A stretch of 64,000 nt of DNA from Felis catus (lineage: Eukaryota), in assembly GCF_018350175.1 (NCBI RefSeq), contig NC_058383.1, positions 4,154,001 to 4,218,000 of the forward strand. Direction: 5' to 3'. A program made the translations under genes and the position numbers. The notes under the pieces were generated by a model, which saw only the letters and a list, made by a program, of their open reading frames with translations, made no database searches and was not told the DNA's origin. Below are positions 38,351-51,580 of the stretch, in pieces. Within the stretch, counting starts at the first letter, position 1. Each line of letters opens with the position of its first letter.

Positions 38351-38833
38351 ATCACCACCTGACAGGGCCAAGGGCTATGCTCTGTGGCCCTCACGGAAAA
38401 CCCACCAACTGTTGGTAGGATCAAGAGGGGGTTTGTCTCTTTCCAAAAAGTAATTTTTTGTGCCAAACTATTTAGATGAATGAAAAGAAGTAATGAACCG
38501 GAGAACAAGAACCAAACAACAGACAGCTATGGGGTGTGGGGGAGTGGGCATCACTTGTCCAAGCTTCCGGGGGACCATGTGACCATGGCGATGAAAAAGC
38601 CTTGAAAATGTGATTTTGTTCGGTCCCAGCAATTCCACCCCTGAGAATATACCCCCAGGAAAATCAGCGGTGGGGACAAAGATCCGTCACATTAGTTACA
38701 ACAATAAAACAAAACCAAAGGCAAACTCAAATGCCTAACAACCTAGGGCCAGCTAAGGCATTGAAGGCTGGGGCCTCCACTAGGTGGAAAACTCGACTGT
38801 CCCCTAAGAAAATGTTTAAAGACCCAGAGCTTT

Positions 38834-39027
38834 GGGGTGCCTAGGTGGCTCAGTGGTCAAGCATCCAACTTGGGCTCAGGTCATCATCTTGAAGTTTGTG
38901 AGTCCGAGCCCCACGATGGGCAGCACAGAGCCTGCTTGGGATTCTCTCTCTCCCCGTGTCTGTCTCTCCTCCCCTGCTCATGCACCGTCTCTCTCAAAAC
39001 AAACTTAAAAAAAAAGAAGAAAATAAA
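38834..39027 (+). mobile_element. CAN-SINE (diverged)
   Basis: ggggtgcctaggtggctcag head, A tail. Confidence 0.85.
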
Positions 39028-39529
39028 GACACATAGCTGTAGAAAATATTTAATAAAAAATATGCTAAGTGAAGAGAGCAGCTTACACGGCATTGTTTAC
39101 AAAATGATCTTAATTTTAGAAGCGTATGTGTGTAGAAAAAGTTCTAGAAAAAATGCACCAAAACACTGGCAACGCTATTATTATCTCTCTGACAGCTGTC
39201 GCCTGGGCCCCTCCCTCCTCTGTGCTGATTCTGGGCCGAGCGTGGGGTGGTGAGGCTTGCCTGGCCCACGGCTCCTCCTGTACACATTTCTTGGAGCGCC
39301 CTGAGTTTCTGTGTTGAACACCCGTGTTTTTTGTGCCCAGCCCAGAATTCGCTGCCCTTCTGCTGAAAGCACCCATTCCCTGCAGCCCGGTGGTGACGGC
39401 CCCATGGTGGGGGGAGGGGAGGGGGGAGTTGGGGAGGATGCACAATCAGCCCGTTGCAACCCATCTCCCAGCCCAGAGAGTTTGCTTCTGCACAAAGCAT
39501 GAACCCCCAGGGAGCTAACGAGAATGAAT

Positions 39530-39887
39530 CGAATACCTTTGCCGGAGCCACCAGGAAAGAGGTGGCCTCTTTTGGGAGTCTGCTGAATTGGGCAGGCCCG
39601 TGGGCCTGCGAGAAGTATTGGGTGACCCCCAAGAGGACAGTGGGCCTGCCGTGAATGAGGACAACAGACAGAAAAGTGGAGCAGGCGGAGAGGGAGAGAC
39701 GGGGAAGGGGTACACAGGACAAGAAACTCCCGATGACGGAGTGCCCAGATCCAGCCATACCTGAAACTTACTACCTAGTTACCGCTGTACCTGGCTGCCG
39801 AGAGCCCATCGATTTCCCTCCCCTTTTTCTAAGCCAGTTCAAATGAGCCTTTCTGTCCCCCGCAACCCCAAGAATCATGCTGATACA
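39530..39887 (+). mobile_element. Old MaLR LTR relic (MLT1K/L-like)
   Basis: gatccagccatacctgaa...ctaagccagtt...ctgataca terminus. Confidence 0.55.
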
Positions 39888-40144
39888 AAACGCGGCACTG
39901 ACAGAACAAGGAGAAACTTCACAGAGAAGCCCGCAGACCGAGCGCGCAGCAACACAAACGCACGTGAACGCTACTAACCTGTCAACGGCAGAGACGACAA
40001 ATCCTGCCCCGTGTATTTCTGCCTCAACTTTTCAAAAATGGGTACGGGTAAACCCCATCCTGGGGATTTTCAAACTGTTTAAATCCTTAGGAAAATTAAA
40101 ACCACCAAAAATGCCATAGAAACCGACCGCCCGTGGCGACTCAC

Positions 40145-41143
40145 CTCCCACGTCCTGGCTCCTCTTCTCTAGCTCCAGCCCAGCGATCTCGCTCAGCAGG
40201 GTGATGCCGTGCAGGAAACTCTGCTCCAGGACCAGGCTCTGCGCCGCCTCCAGCTTCTCCAGGGCCTGGGCTCCGGCGCCCGGGGAGGGCAGAGGCCTGG
40301 CCTGGGGCAGCTCAGCAGCCGCCGCCAGGGCATTCATGCCAGCCAGCGGGTCCTCCGGGCCAGGCAGAAACTGGTCGGAGCCTTCCTCCTCCAGGAAGCA
40401 GGTGCCGCCGGGCACAGGCGCGGCCTCCCGGGCCTCCAGACTCAGGTGCTCTCCGTCCCCGGGGGGCACGTCACAGTCTGCCAACTCCAGGCCGGGCCGG
40501 GGCTCGCTCGGGGGCGCCTGGGCTAGGCCTTCCTCGGGCACCGCCTCTACCACGGGCACAGCCATGGGCACGTCGACGGGCACCTCCACCGGCTCCTCCT
40601 TGGCCTCCACCAGCGTCTCCGGCGTCAGTCGCGCCCCCAGGTCCGGGGCGGCCGCGCACGATTCCGTCCGGCCGGGTGAGTCGACGCGCGCTTCGGCCCC
40701 CTCCGCGAAGTCCGGGCACCCGGGGGCCTCCGCGACCCCCTGCCCGCCGGCGCTCAGGGCCTGGGCCTCCAGCAGGCCGCCTCCACAGCCGGCCGCAGGG
40801 CTCGGGGCCGCCAGCGCTTCCTCGGGGGGCAGCGCCAGAGGCGACTCCAGCGAGGGCAGCTCGGCAGGACCCTCGTCCATGTCCTCCACCTCCGCCTTCA
40901 CCTCCCGCTCTGCCAGCGCCTCTCCGTCCGGGCCCTCCCGCAGCGGCTCCGGGATCTTGGAGGGGGACAGGCGGATGGGCTTGTCTTCAGGCGAGAGCGC
41001 CAGGCGCTCGGGCCCGTCGGCCGGGAGCGGCACGTCGGGGGCCAGGCCGTCGGCGTCGGCCGCCGCCGTGGGCTGTAGCAGGAACGGGTAGGGCCTCCCG
41101 TAGTGCGGCGGCAGGGCCTGAAACGGGTACCTGGGCGGGAGAT
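40145..41143 (-). CDS. TNRC18: TNRC18 exon (~11), 999 nt, DLPPRYPF...RSQDVG
   Basis: Lies within ORF 40032..41156; tttggcag|ATCTC ... GGAG|gtgagt; phase 1-1. Confidence 0.95.
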
Positions 41144-42369
41144 CTGCCAAAGACACGGACAGTCAGCGGAGGCCCCTTCACCCGTCGCGTCTGACATCCC
41201 CCGCGTCCCCCGTCAACACCCACCCACCAGCCGGGACGGAGCCCCGTGGCCACCCTCTGCACCCGGCGGCGGTCCTACACCAGGCGGCATCGGAGGACCC
41301 CTGCTGCCTTTCCGCACGTCCAGGCCACAGAGACCCAAGTCAGCCGCCACCCCGTCCCGAGGGGGCCTCAGGACTCAAAGGCAGAAACCACGGTCGGCTC
41401 TTTCTTTCTCTGGCCCCCAACGCCTCTGCGCCCGGCACGAGGCTGGCCCAGAAGCAAATGCTCCGTAGGCCACCAACGGTCTTGACCCGGCGGGGCCTCC
41501 TTTGGCCTCCGTTGCCGCCTCACCCCATTCAAGTGGAGTCGGGGCGGCCCAACTGTTCAAAAACAACGGCAACACGGTGCTGCCCTCCACGTTTCTACTC
41601 TGAACCCCCGCCCCCGAGTGTAGCCGCCCAAGAGCAGGGTGGCGCGTGGCCAGATGTTTGCGGTGCTTCTGCGCAAGCTCCAGGTGCTCCACGGGAGCCA
41701 GACCAGGGGGAAGACGGGGGCCTGGAGCAGCCCCCGGGGCCAGGCTTAGTGCCGGCCTTTAGCACGGCATCGAATCTCCCCGGAGAGGAGCAGTCACTTG
41801 CCCCAAGATTCTGGTGGTAGCAGAACCTGAATCGGAACTCAAATCCTCCCGAGGACGCCCTCACACTCTTAGCAGCCGCCGGGGCAGAGGGACGCCGTTA
41901 AGGCCACCTGCTGCACGTCCTCACTGGCGCAGGGCAGGGGATGAGCACCTGTGCCCGAAGCACACGGCAGAGGGTGGGGTCAGGGTCCAGAAAGGGCGTG
42001 ATCATCGTGACAACCCTGCGCGTGCCATGTGCCAGGAGCGCTTCCTTTACCGTTCTCGACTCGGTTTGGTTAACCCTCAGAACGAGTCCTTCTGAAGGAG
42101 ATTCTAACGTCACGCCCATTTCCCTGACTTTACTACCGAGGCGGGGCTGGAGAGAGGCCGTGGCCAACCCACGCACTCATGCGTTCACTCAGAGCCTGGC
42201 GGCAGGCCCAGTAACGCAGCCGGTGCCCCGCAGAGACGGAGGAAGGAAGGGCTGGAGAACCGGACGGTCAACGAACTGGCGGCGACCGGTTCGACCAGAG
42301 CCAGACCCGACTCCGGTCTGGGCGACACGTGCCCCCGCCCCCACCCCAGGGTCTCAGCCACACTCCTAC

Positions 42370-42799
42370 CCGAGAACAAGGCCTGGAAGGGGCTGGGGGC
42401 TTCCTTCTCCAACTCCAAGTCCTTCTTCTCGACGACATTCTCGGGCGCCTCCTCCTTGCGGGTGACACCGGGAGTGGGCGGCGGGGAGGCGGGCGGCGGG
42501 CTGCTGGGGTGGGAGCTGGGCGTGGCGGGGTAGGCGTAGGTGGGCGCCTTGGACACATCCTCCAGCTTCTGGATGACCTTGGCCTTCAGGGCAGCCACAG
42601 GGGAAGCGCGGGGAGATGGCGGCGGGCTCACGGCCTTGCCGTAGGTGCCCGTGGGGCCGGCGGCCAGGCCGGGGGGCTTCCGGGGCAGCAGCCCAGGGCC
42701 CGGGGCGGCCAGGCCGGCCTTGCCTGCAGCCTCCAGGCTCCGCTTGCTCACCTTCTCCTCCATCTCCACCCGATGCTCCTGGGCCTTCAGCCGCTCCTG
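42370..42799 (-). CDS. TNRC18: TNRC18 exon (~10), 430 nt, QERLKAQE...PFQALFS
   Basis: tccccag|CAGGAG ... TCGG|gtagga; phase 0-1. Confidence 0.94.
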
Positions 42800-43226
42800 C
42801 TGGGGAGGGGGCCGGCAGGCAGGGTGAGCACAGCACGAGCCATCGCCGGGCACCTGCCCAGGCCCTGGGGTCGCCTCAGGCAGGGCCCAGCATGCAGGCT
42901 GCCCGCCCTCCCAGCCTGCTACGGACATTCCGTCGTGGCTCACGTGTAACAAGCACAGCATTCCTTGTGGAACCCCAGACGGGGCTGGGCGGGGTGGGGG
43001 GGGGCTGTCTGGGGGGCCACCGGGGCTGGCGGGGGCCTCCAGTCCAGACTCCGGCCCCACCGGGAGCCTCAGTTGGCACAAGGGGGACAGGGCAGAGGCA
43101 TGAGGCTCCTGACGACGAAGGAGGCGCCCCACTCCCCACACTCATATGGCTTTAGGATAGCTATCTTCACGGAGAGCTCATTACCCGCTGCGTGCTGTCC
43201 TAACACCTTTGGGTCTCAAGATGCCT

Positions 43227-43260
43227 GGGGTGGGGGTGGGGGTGGGGGTGGGGGTGGGGG
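43227..43260 (+). repeat. (GGGGGT)n, G-quadruplex-prone
   Basis: Six G runs separated by single T. Confidence 0.9.
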
Positions 43261-44087
43261 TCTCTTCCTACATTTCATGGCTTTCGAGGAAATGGCAGGG
43301 AGCTGCTCGAGAAGAGCCAGTGCTCGCTGGGGGGCAGGGAGCCAGGGGGACAGGCGGTCAGCACATAGAACACGCTGGCACCAGCTACTCCCACGATTAT
43401 CGAATCTCACTGAATGGGATCACCGGCATCGCCACTTTCCCAAGGAGGAGATCTGAGGCCCAGAGACGTGAAGTCACTGGCCCAAGGGCACAGAGCCAGG
43501 CACGCCAGAGCTAAGGGTCAAACCCAGGCCCCGTCTGCCGCACAAGCCACCACCGTGGCCTCTGCGGTGGCCGCCGCACGAAGGGAAAGCAGCGAGGCCG
43601 AGAGGACAGACGTCCCGGAGCACCTGCAAGTAGGCAGGAGCGCCGTTGGCTCCAGGGAGCCCACCCACACGGGGAACCAGCCCCTCGTGGCTCCTCCCGC
43701 ACGGGACGAGTTAACGTGGGTGTTAGAGGCCAGCCCTGGCCCAGCCCAGCTGCTCGAGGAGGTCAGGCCCGGCTTAGGAATCCGCAGGAGGCCCCGGGGC
43801 CTCCTCAGCAGCCAACGCAAACTTGCCCAGTCCAGCAGGCTGCCTCTCCTGCCTCGGTTTCCCCGTTGCTCCCTGCACCCTGCCCCCGCACGGCTCCGCA
43901 CACCTCTGGGCCTTGCCCGCGGTCAACTCCTCCAGGTCTGGGGGCAGACGCCCGCTCCCCGCTCCGGGCGGCCCTCCCTGACCACCAGCCCCCGCCATCC
44001 TTCGTCTCTGCCTGCGGACCCGTCTGCCTCTCCCTCTGCGGGGGGCTCGGAGGGTCATCCCTCGTCCCCCGCCCACCAGCAACTCAC

Positions 44088-44278
44088 CACCAGCTGGGCG
44101 CTCCTCTGCAGCTCCAGGGCCTGGGCGGCCTGCTGCTGTAGGTACAGGAGCTCGTGCTGCCGCAGGAGGCGCTGCTGGGAGAAGAGCTGTAGCTGCTGGG
44201 CGTGGTGCAGGGCGCCGCGGCCCGGCGGGTACAGGGCGGCCCAGAGGGGGGGCGCCGCGGCCCGCTCCATCAGCTCCG
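44088..44278 (-). CDS. TNRC18: TNRC18 exon (~9), 191 nt, Gln-rich AELMER...SAQLV
   Basis: tccccag|CGGAGCTG ... CTGGTG|gtgagt; phase 1-0. Confidence 0.94.
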
Positions 44279-44373
44279 CTGGGGACAGGGCGGACAGTGA
44301 GGCCGTGCCCGCCGCCCCCCTCTACACAGGGGGAGGCTGAGGCCCCCAGCAGCGGAGCCTCTGTACCCCCTTC

Positions 44374-44447
44374 CCTGTCCCCAGCCCAGGGGACACGAGC
44401 CCCGTCCCCAGCCCAGGGGACACGGGCCCCGTCCCCAGCCCAGGGGG
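44374..44447. repeat. 27-bp minisatellite, about 2.7 copies
   Basis: gtccccagcccagggg units start at 44377, 44404 and 44431. Confidence 0.9.
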
Positions 44448-44794
44448 GACCGCGCCCACACGCGGGGACCCCAAGCTCTTCCTCCCACCGCACCCGATGG
44501 TCTACCAAGTGGACTCCCATGGAATGGGAGGCGCCAGGGCAGGGGGGCCAGGCCCCAGCTGGGGGCAGCCTGCTTTGGTTCTGAGTAGGAGCCCATCAAA
44601 ACAGGGACCACCATAGCGTTATTACCCGGGGAAGCCCCAGACATCAGAACATCCCCTAGGAGCCCTGGTCTAACTCCCACCCCGTTGTTCTGGGCCGACG
44701 CCTGTCCCCCAAAAAGGCCCTTGGCATCTGGGTCAGGCTCTCCAGGCAAAGCTACCACAGCCACTGCCCCCCCCACCACAAGGCCACCACTTAC

Positions 44795-44941
44795 CAAAGT
44801 GAGGCAGGTGATCGCTGGGAATGACCACGAGCTGGCCTGACTGGGGGTCCCTGACGAACTGGTAGGCCGATGGCAGGGAGCCCCCCAGGCCAGGCGGGAA
44901 GGCAGGTGCCATGCCCTGGTGCAGAGGTGGGGGGCCCAAAC
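44795..44941 (-). CDS. TNRC18: TNRC18 exon (~8), 147 nt, GLGPPPLHQ...DHLPHF
   Basis: ctcctag|GTTTGGGC ... TTTG|gtaagt; phase 1-1. Confidence 0.94.
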
Positions 44942-45361
44942 CTAGGAGAGACCCAGGCCCGAGTCAATGCTAGGGGCTGGGGGCCCAGGACGACCCCAAT
45001 TCTGTCCAATCCCGAGACGCCCCCTTCCTGGGGTCTCCGTGCAGGAAGCTGAGGGGTGACAGGCCGCAAGCCAACCACCCCTGGGTACCACCTCCAAATG
45101 GGCTCAACAGAGGGACCCCCATGAGGCCGGTGTCCTAGCAACTGTCCTCTTCAGACACGTGAGGGAGCCGAAGCGTCTGCAGAGGGGCAAGGCCCGGGCC
45201 CCAGCAACAGGAAGACAGGAGCCAGCTCGGGGCGTGGGTCCCACACGAGACTCCCCTCCACCCACAGTCCTGCCCCAGCCCCCTGTTCCAGTAAGAACCA
45301 CGTCAGGCCCGCTCCGTCCTCAACCGCCAGACAAGGGGGAAGTCGCCCGCCCCACACCTAC

Positions 45362-45567
45362 CGTAGGGGTGTCCGGCGAGCCACATGGACGCGCTGCCCG
45401 AGCGGGGCAACCAGGGGGGAGTGGCCAGGTGGGCTGCGGGGTCGGCGGACCAGCGCCCCGAGCCTGCCAGCGACGGGCCCCCGGTCACCATGAGGTTGGG
45501 GTTCAGGCCATTAGCGGCACAGCTGGTGGGGTGCAAGCGAGCCAGGTCGGCCAGCTCCTTACTTTCT
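45362..45567 (-). CDS. TNRC18: TNRC18 exon (~7), 206 nt, ESKELADL...LAGHPY
   Basis: ccttccag|AGAAAGT ... TACG|gtaggt; phase 2-1. Confidence 0.94.
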
Positions 45568-45847
45568 CTGGAAGGAGAACAGAGGCATTGGCAACCGCCC
45601 AGCTGGCCAGGGGGACGTGGGAGAGATGGGGTGTCGCCCCAAGTACCCAGGGGACACCCAGCGTAAAGAGGGGCGGGCTCAGCCTCAGAACAGAAGGGCC
45701 CCCGGGGCTTTCCCCCAGGAAGGGGACCCACACTGACTGTACAGAGCGGCTGTGGGGCCATCTGGCCTAGGATCAGGGGCCAGGGCAGCTCAGGCTCTCA
45801 GGACAGGGGGCCCCACCCACCTAAGGTCGCCCCCCCCAAGCCCTCAC

Positions 45848-45950
45848 CTAAGCAGCTTCTCCTGGTCTCGGTCCAGCCGCGCCCCCAGCAGCCGCTCCTC
45901 CCGGTGCCTGGCCCTTTCGTCCCCACAGTCGTCATCGGCTCGACCGTGTC
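45848..45950 (-). CDS. TNRC18: TNRC18 exon (~6), 103 nt, GHGRADDDC...QEKLLR
   Basis: cccctcag|GACACGG ... CTTAG|gtgagg; phase 1-2. Confidence 0.93.
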
Positions 45951-48900
45951 CTGAGGGGAGCAGGCAGGCAGTGAGCCCCCAGCAAGCACCCCCTGCCGGC
46001 GCACCTGCACCCGCCCCCCCCTCCCGCCCCTGAGTGCCGGTGTGGACCTCGCCCTGGCAAGTGCGGGTGCCGCTTCACCACTGCTGTGCCTCGAAGGCGG
46101 GTTCTGGGGGCGGGGCGGGGCAGGGCGGGTCAAGACGGAGGGGGAGCCACAGCCCAAGAAAGCAGCACAGCCAGACCCAGGTCCCAGGGAAGCACCTGCC
46201 GCGCTCAAGCCCCGCTGCGGTCCCGTCGTGGTCCTGGCCGTTGCAGACACGTGGCCAAGCCTTCCCAAATCAGGACAGTCAAGTAAAACTCGAGAACACG
46301 CCCCACGTCAGGGGGGAGGGGGGAGGACGGGAAAACGTGTGAGCTGCCCCTTCGGCCCTACCTTCCATGAGCTGCCCGACCCCCAGAGAGCCCTCAGAGC
46401 AGAGAAGGCGGGTCCCCAAGTCCGGCCCGGCACACAGCCGTCCGGTCCGTCCCTCCTCCCCCTGCCGCCTTCCACCAGCTCCAGCTCCTGCCCCGGGCGC
46501 TCTCTCGAGGTGTCTTCCGCACAAGCCAGAACCCGGTGCACACGTGGCAGCCCCGGGTAGGCTAGGGCACGGTCGCTGGCCGCAGTGGCCTCACAGAAAG
46601 CAGCTGAGACGCTGCTCAAGAGAGGAACGCACTGGGGCTGGCGCCCACCCCGGTGCATCTCGAGAGACCCGGCGGACCTGGGCGGGGCGCGCAGGGAGGA
46701 GGCCTCGCCTCGCCGAGGCGCCAGCACAGGTGCTCCGCGCCAGACCAGGGGTCCGGCAGCGGCCCCCGCACTCAGGGAAATGCTGCCATCAGCCATCTCC
46801 CCTTCATGTCTCCCCTCTGCCCACCCAAAACGGGGAGCGAGCAAAGAACAGAGCCCCCAGGAGAGGCTCGGCAGGGTGCGCGGTGTTTCCCCCCCAAGCC
46901 TTCAGGAAGGCGGGAGCCCGACAGCCCCAGGACAAAGGACAGGAGCCCGGAGAGAGGCACATGCCCGTGGACCAAGCACACGAGGAGACAGACAGCAGTG
47001 CTGGGGACGGGCGCACCCCAGAGGCAGGAGGGGACACTGGGCCGGGAGACCACCTGGGAGGACAGCCTGGAAGTCCCAGAGGCGGGCCAGGATGACAGGG
47101 AAGTGCAGTGAGCATCTAAGCTGAGACAGGCCAACAACGGGGGCATCCAGAGGCCAGGCAGGAGTGAGGGCGGGCGAGGGAGCACGTGTCTTCACAACCT
47201 GGCCCCTGTGGGACACCGAGGTGCCTCCCTGCCACGTCGGCTATCCACGCGGGCTGCAGTCGGCAAAGTCGCTGAGCCAACTTCACTTACACCGGCTCAG
47301 AGTTGCTGTGGTCTCGCCCGGCCCGGCCCGGGGCAAGCGGGGGAGGGGCCCTCAGTGGGAGAGCAGTGCCACAGCCAGCCTGGGGGGAGTGTCAGTGTGG
47401 TTCCCGTAACCACAGGGATCCTGAGACCACCCACCTGCTACATGACGGAGTAGAGGGTCCCTTTAGGGAATCCCCCGGGGTGGTCAGGTCCGGAAGGGCA
47501 GCCCAGGCTTCAGACAAGGCCGAGGTGTGGAGGACCCCCCAGAGTCCCAGGGCCGGGCTGGGAAATTAGAGCATGTGCCCCAGCTCCCTTCTCCAGGCGG
47601 AGATGGCCTCCCAAGCCCGTAGAAACCCCAAGGGCCCTCCTGCCCAGCGGCCCACCCTGCATTCGGGGACAGGACTTAGCAGTGACTCCTGGAGTCCCCA
47701 AAAGGGACAAGTGCCTAGAAGGTCACCTAGCCCCGAGCCCCCTTGTCCGATGTCTGTTGCCCTGTCACCATTCAGGGTGCCAGTGGCTTCCCATCCCCTG
47801 TACACGCCTGTCCCTCCTGCAGAACCCCAGCCCCACAGAACCATGCCCCGGTCACCATAGCTCTCTGTATTCACCACACTCAGGGCCACACACGCTGTTC
47901 CCGACACCCAGAGTGCCCTTCCCCTAGACTACTCAGCCTTTCCTGTCGGAGTTTAGCTGAAATGCCACCTCCCCCACGAAGCCCTCCCTGACCACCTCTC
48001 CATCAAGCTCTCGTTTCTCTCCCTCCCCGCACTGATCGCAACGGATTGCTGTTCTGCTCGCTGGCTGTTCGCCACCTGTCTTCTCCATCAGATTATGTAC
48101 TGCTCTGGTTTAAGGAGTCCCACTCCCGCCTGTGTGCCTCCTTCCCTACCCAATACCTGGCCAAAGGGAAGCAACTCGATAAACACGCGAGAACGAATTA
48201 ACGGATAAATGAACCGACAGAGTCACAAGAAGATATCCAGGAAGAATGAGATAAGCAAAAGCAAGGGCAAAGGCCCTCAGACAGAAGTCTGCCAAAGAAC
48301 ATCAGGGAGGCCATGGGGGCCAGACAGAACAAAAAGAAGGACGCAGGAGGGGAGACCACAGAAGGGGTGAGTATAGGCTGTAGGGCCTTGTAGGCTGTGG
48401 AAGGGAATGTGGTTCAGGTTTTGTTCAAAGTGAGAAGGGAAACCACAGGGCCCATCACCTCTCCGTGCTGAGTTCCAGGGTGGTGGGAGGCCAGCTCCTG
48501 CACGAGGCAGACGTGCGGGGCAGGCACGGGGCCCCCTCCAATGTCCCAGAGGCACAAGACCCCATCCCGGCCCTCCAGACGTGAGTTGTGGAAACAACCC
48601 ACACCTCAAGGCCACTTCTACGCGCAGGAGGCCCCCGGATCTTCTCCGGGCATTCACTCCTTCGGGAGTCCTCAACCCAGGAGGTAAGCCCCAGCCGTCT
48701 TCCCGCTCTAGGTTAGGGAACTGAGGCACAAGAAGACAGAACCGCCTGCCCAGGTCACAGCACCGACTGACAAGGAGGCCTCCTGGCTGGGATCGGAGTC
48801 TGAGCGGGTCTTCCAGATCAGGGAGCCTCCTGCGCTTCCCACGGAGAGCGGGCACGGGATGGGTGCCAGGGAAATGGCAGCCTTGCTCCCGGGGCCCACC

Positions 48901-51580
48901 GCCATGCGGCGACAGCCTCTCCAAGCGGGGCTGAGGCTGGGACCGAGGCCTGGTGCCCTGGCCTCCGTGAACCTGTCGGCAGATGTGGCTGCCACCGGCT
49001 CCGGGGTCTGGGGCCATGGCCGGGGCTTAGGGGCTTACACTCAGGCGACCCCGGCTCTGCCTGGAGCGATGCGGGCGCGTCCTCACGACCCCTCCCCCCA
49101 GATCTACCCCTAACGTGACTCCATCACAGAGCTGATGCCAACAGGCGAGACGAAGAGGGAGGAGACGCAGGCCTGGGCCGAGGGTTCAAGCTCAGTCTGC
49201 CTCTTCGAGCCCGAGGCCTGGGGCCCTGGCCAAGCCACTTTGCCTCCTCACCCGCTCTCCCCAGGGGTGAAGCTGGGAGGGTACCAGAGCCTGGGCTGGT
49301 TCTACCTAACGACCGAGTTCTCCCACGGCTGTGCCGCGCTTCGGGGCAGAGGCCACGGATCGCTGGGACTCACAGGCGTAGGTCACGCCCCTCCTTGGTC
49401 CATCTCAGGGCCCCTGAGGGCCCACGGGGACGTTACTCCGGGAGGATCTAGGACTCACAGGCACTGTCAGAAGCTCCCAGACCCCAACACGCTAAATGCA
49501 AACCAAGAAAAGGCAGGCCTGTTCGTGAAGCACCTACTATGTGTCCGGCAGCCACGTGGTACACGTGGACACTGGGGCCCAGAAGGCTCAGGCCTCTTGT
49601 TCAAGGTCACGGAGCTGACGGACAGACGGGACATGAACCCACCGACAGGCAGAAGGCTCACTCTGAAACTCTGAGATGACAGGGAAGATGGAATGAGACC
49701 GGGAGACCTGAGCTGACGGCCACCCACTTGGCCGGGGGCGCCCCCCACTCCTGCCCTCCCACAAGGGCGCCCAGCACTGGGGAAAAGCCACCACGTCCTA
49801 TGGGAACGGTTTTAAGGAGAAGAACCCGCTGCCTACTTTTCGACGGGCGACGGCACCAGACCAAGCCTGCTCCAGACCGATCCCCGAACATCTCACCCCA
49901 AACCCGCCAGGCCCTCCCTCCTCCCCACGTTCTGTCGCAGTGTCACACACACGTGCTCTCACACACGTGCACGTGCATTCCCTCACAGACCTTCTCTCAC
50001 ACACGTATGTTTTCTCTCACGCGTTCTCTCTCTCTCGCTCTCCTAGGACCCCATGGACACAGGGCCCTCGGGCATGAGCAGGTACTCTGCGCTCCGACAC
50101 GAGCTCAGGGAACTGGGAGCCCCCGAGAGGGGTGCCGTGCCATGTCACGTGAGCATCCTCTCGGGCAAGGACCCAAAGAGCTCTGACCTCGCAGGGGGGT
50201 CCCTGGGGGCAAACCTCTGTCCCAGCAAGAGGACCCGTCCAGCACCGAACCAGCCACCCCCTGGCCGAGGGTTGCTGCCCAATCCCCCTCCAATCCCAGA
50301 ATAAGGCAGGGCCTGGGGCCAGCTCCCCGGGTCGGAGGACGGGCCTTCCTGGCTCAGGGAGGAGGGGGCGAGGGAGGCTCCACAAAGAACCACGGGCTCA
50401 TTCAACAAACATCCAGGAAGCGTCACTCACTCTGAGTCACTTAAGCCGGATAAAGACCCTCGGCCGCTAGCCTGCATGCCAACGGGTGGGGCGAGGACCG
50501 GCAGGAGTCCCAGGGCGGCCCGTGCCTTGCGGGCTTCATCCAGCGCATCCAGGAGAGCAGGGCTGAGCCGTCTAGAGGCATCTGGGACAGGAGAGTGGCC
50601 ACGGATGGAGGATAAAGCCCAGAAGTCAGCACGGGTGGGCCAGACAAAGGAAGTGATGGGGACCCAGGAGTCAGACACCCAAGACACCCAGGTGGCCTAT
50701 GGGGTAAAGTCTGAGAGGTGCAGGGAAGGGGGCCATGTGGGTGCCACAGACAGGGGCCCACAATGTGACCAAAGCCTAAGCTCACAGCTGGGATGTACGG
50801 GAAGCTGGCTGGACACTGGGGACAGAGACGCAGGGAAAAAAATCCAGACCGACCATTGAGAAGTCACAAGACCAAGGCCAGTGGGAGAAGAGATTCCCGG
50901 GCTGTTACCCCAGTCCAACAACCCCACACCACAACACACTTCACACCGTCCAGGCAGAGGGTACGGCCTAGTACCCAACTGTCGAAGGGTCCTTGGCCCA
51001 ACGATGGGCAGACCAAGGCCAGAGTTCTGATAAAAATGCCGCAAATACCAACCCTCCCCAATCCCATGAAGGATTCCAACGGCACGATATGCAAGGGACA
51101 CAAAAAACACCATCAACCAAGTTCTGGGAAAATATTCAACTTCACCAATAAGTGAAAGAAACGGACCGTTCTTCCCTACCGAAATCAGCAAGCATTTTTC
51201 AGGCACTAAGGCACCGGCTGTCCCACGAGACCACTAGGACCCAGTTTCTGTCCACTGCACTCGGTCATTCATTCATTCATCAAACACCTACTCTAGCACC
51301 AGGTCCCACACTAAGCACTGGGATGATGAACGAGGCAAGGCAGTCACCCCCCTCAAGGACTTAGAATTGAAGGCCTCCAGCTGGCCTGTTCCTAGGAACC
51401 TATCTTAGGAAATGACTCAAAATATCAGGAAAACGCAATGCACAAAAATATTCAATGCAACATTCTAAACACGAACACATCAGAGAAGGGAAAACGAGAA
51501 TGCCCGTGAGAGGAACGGTCAGCTGAGCTATGCTGTGTGCTCTAGACACAATAACAAGAGCCATTAAAAGATTACACACA

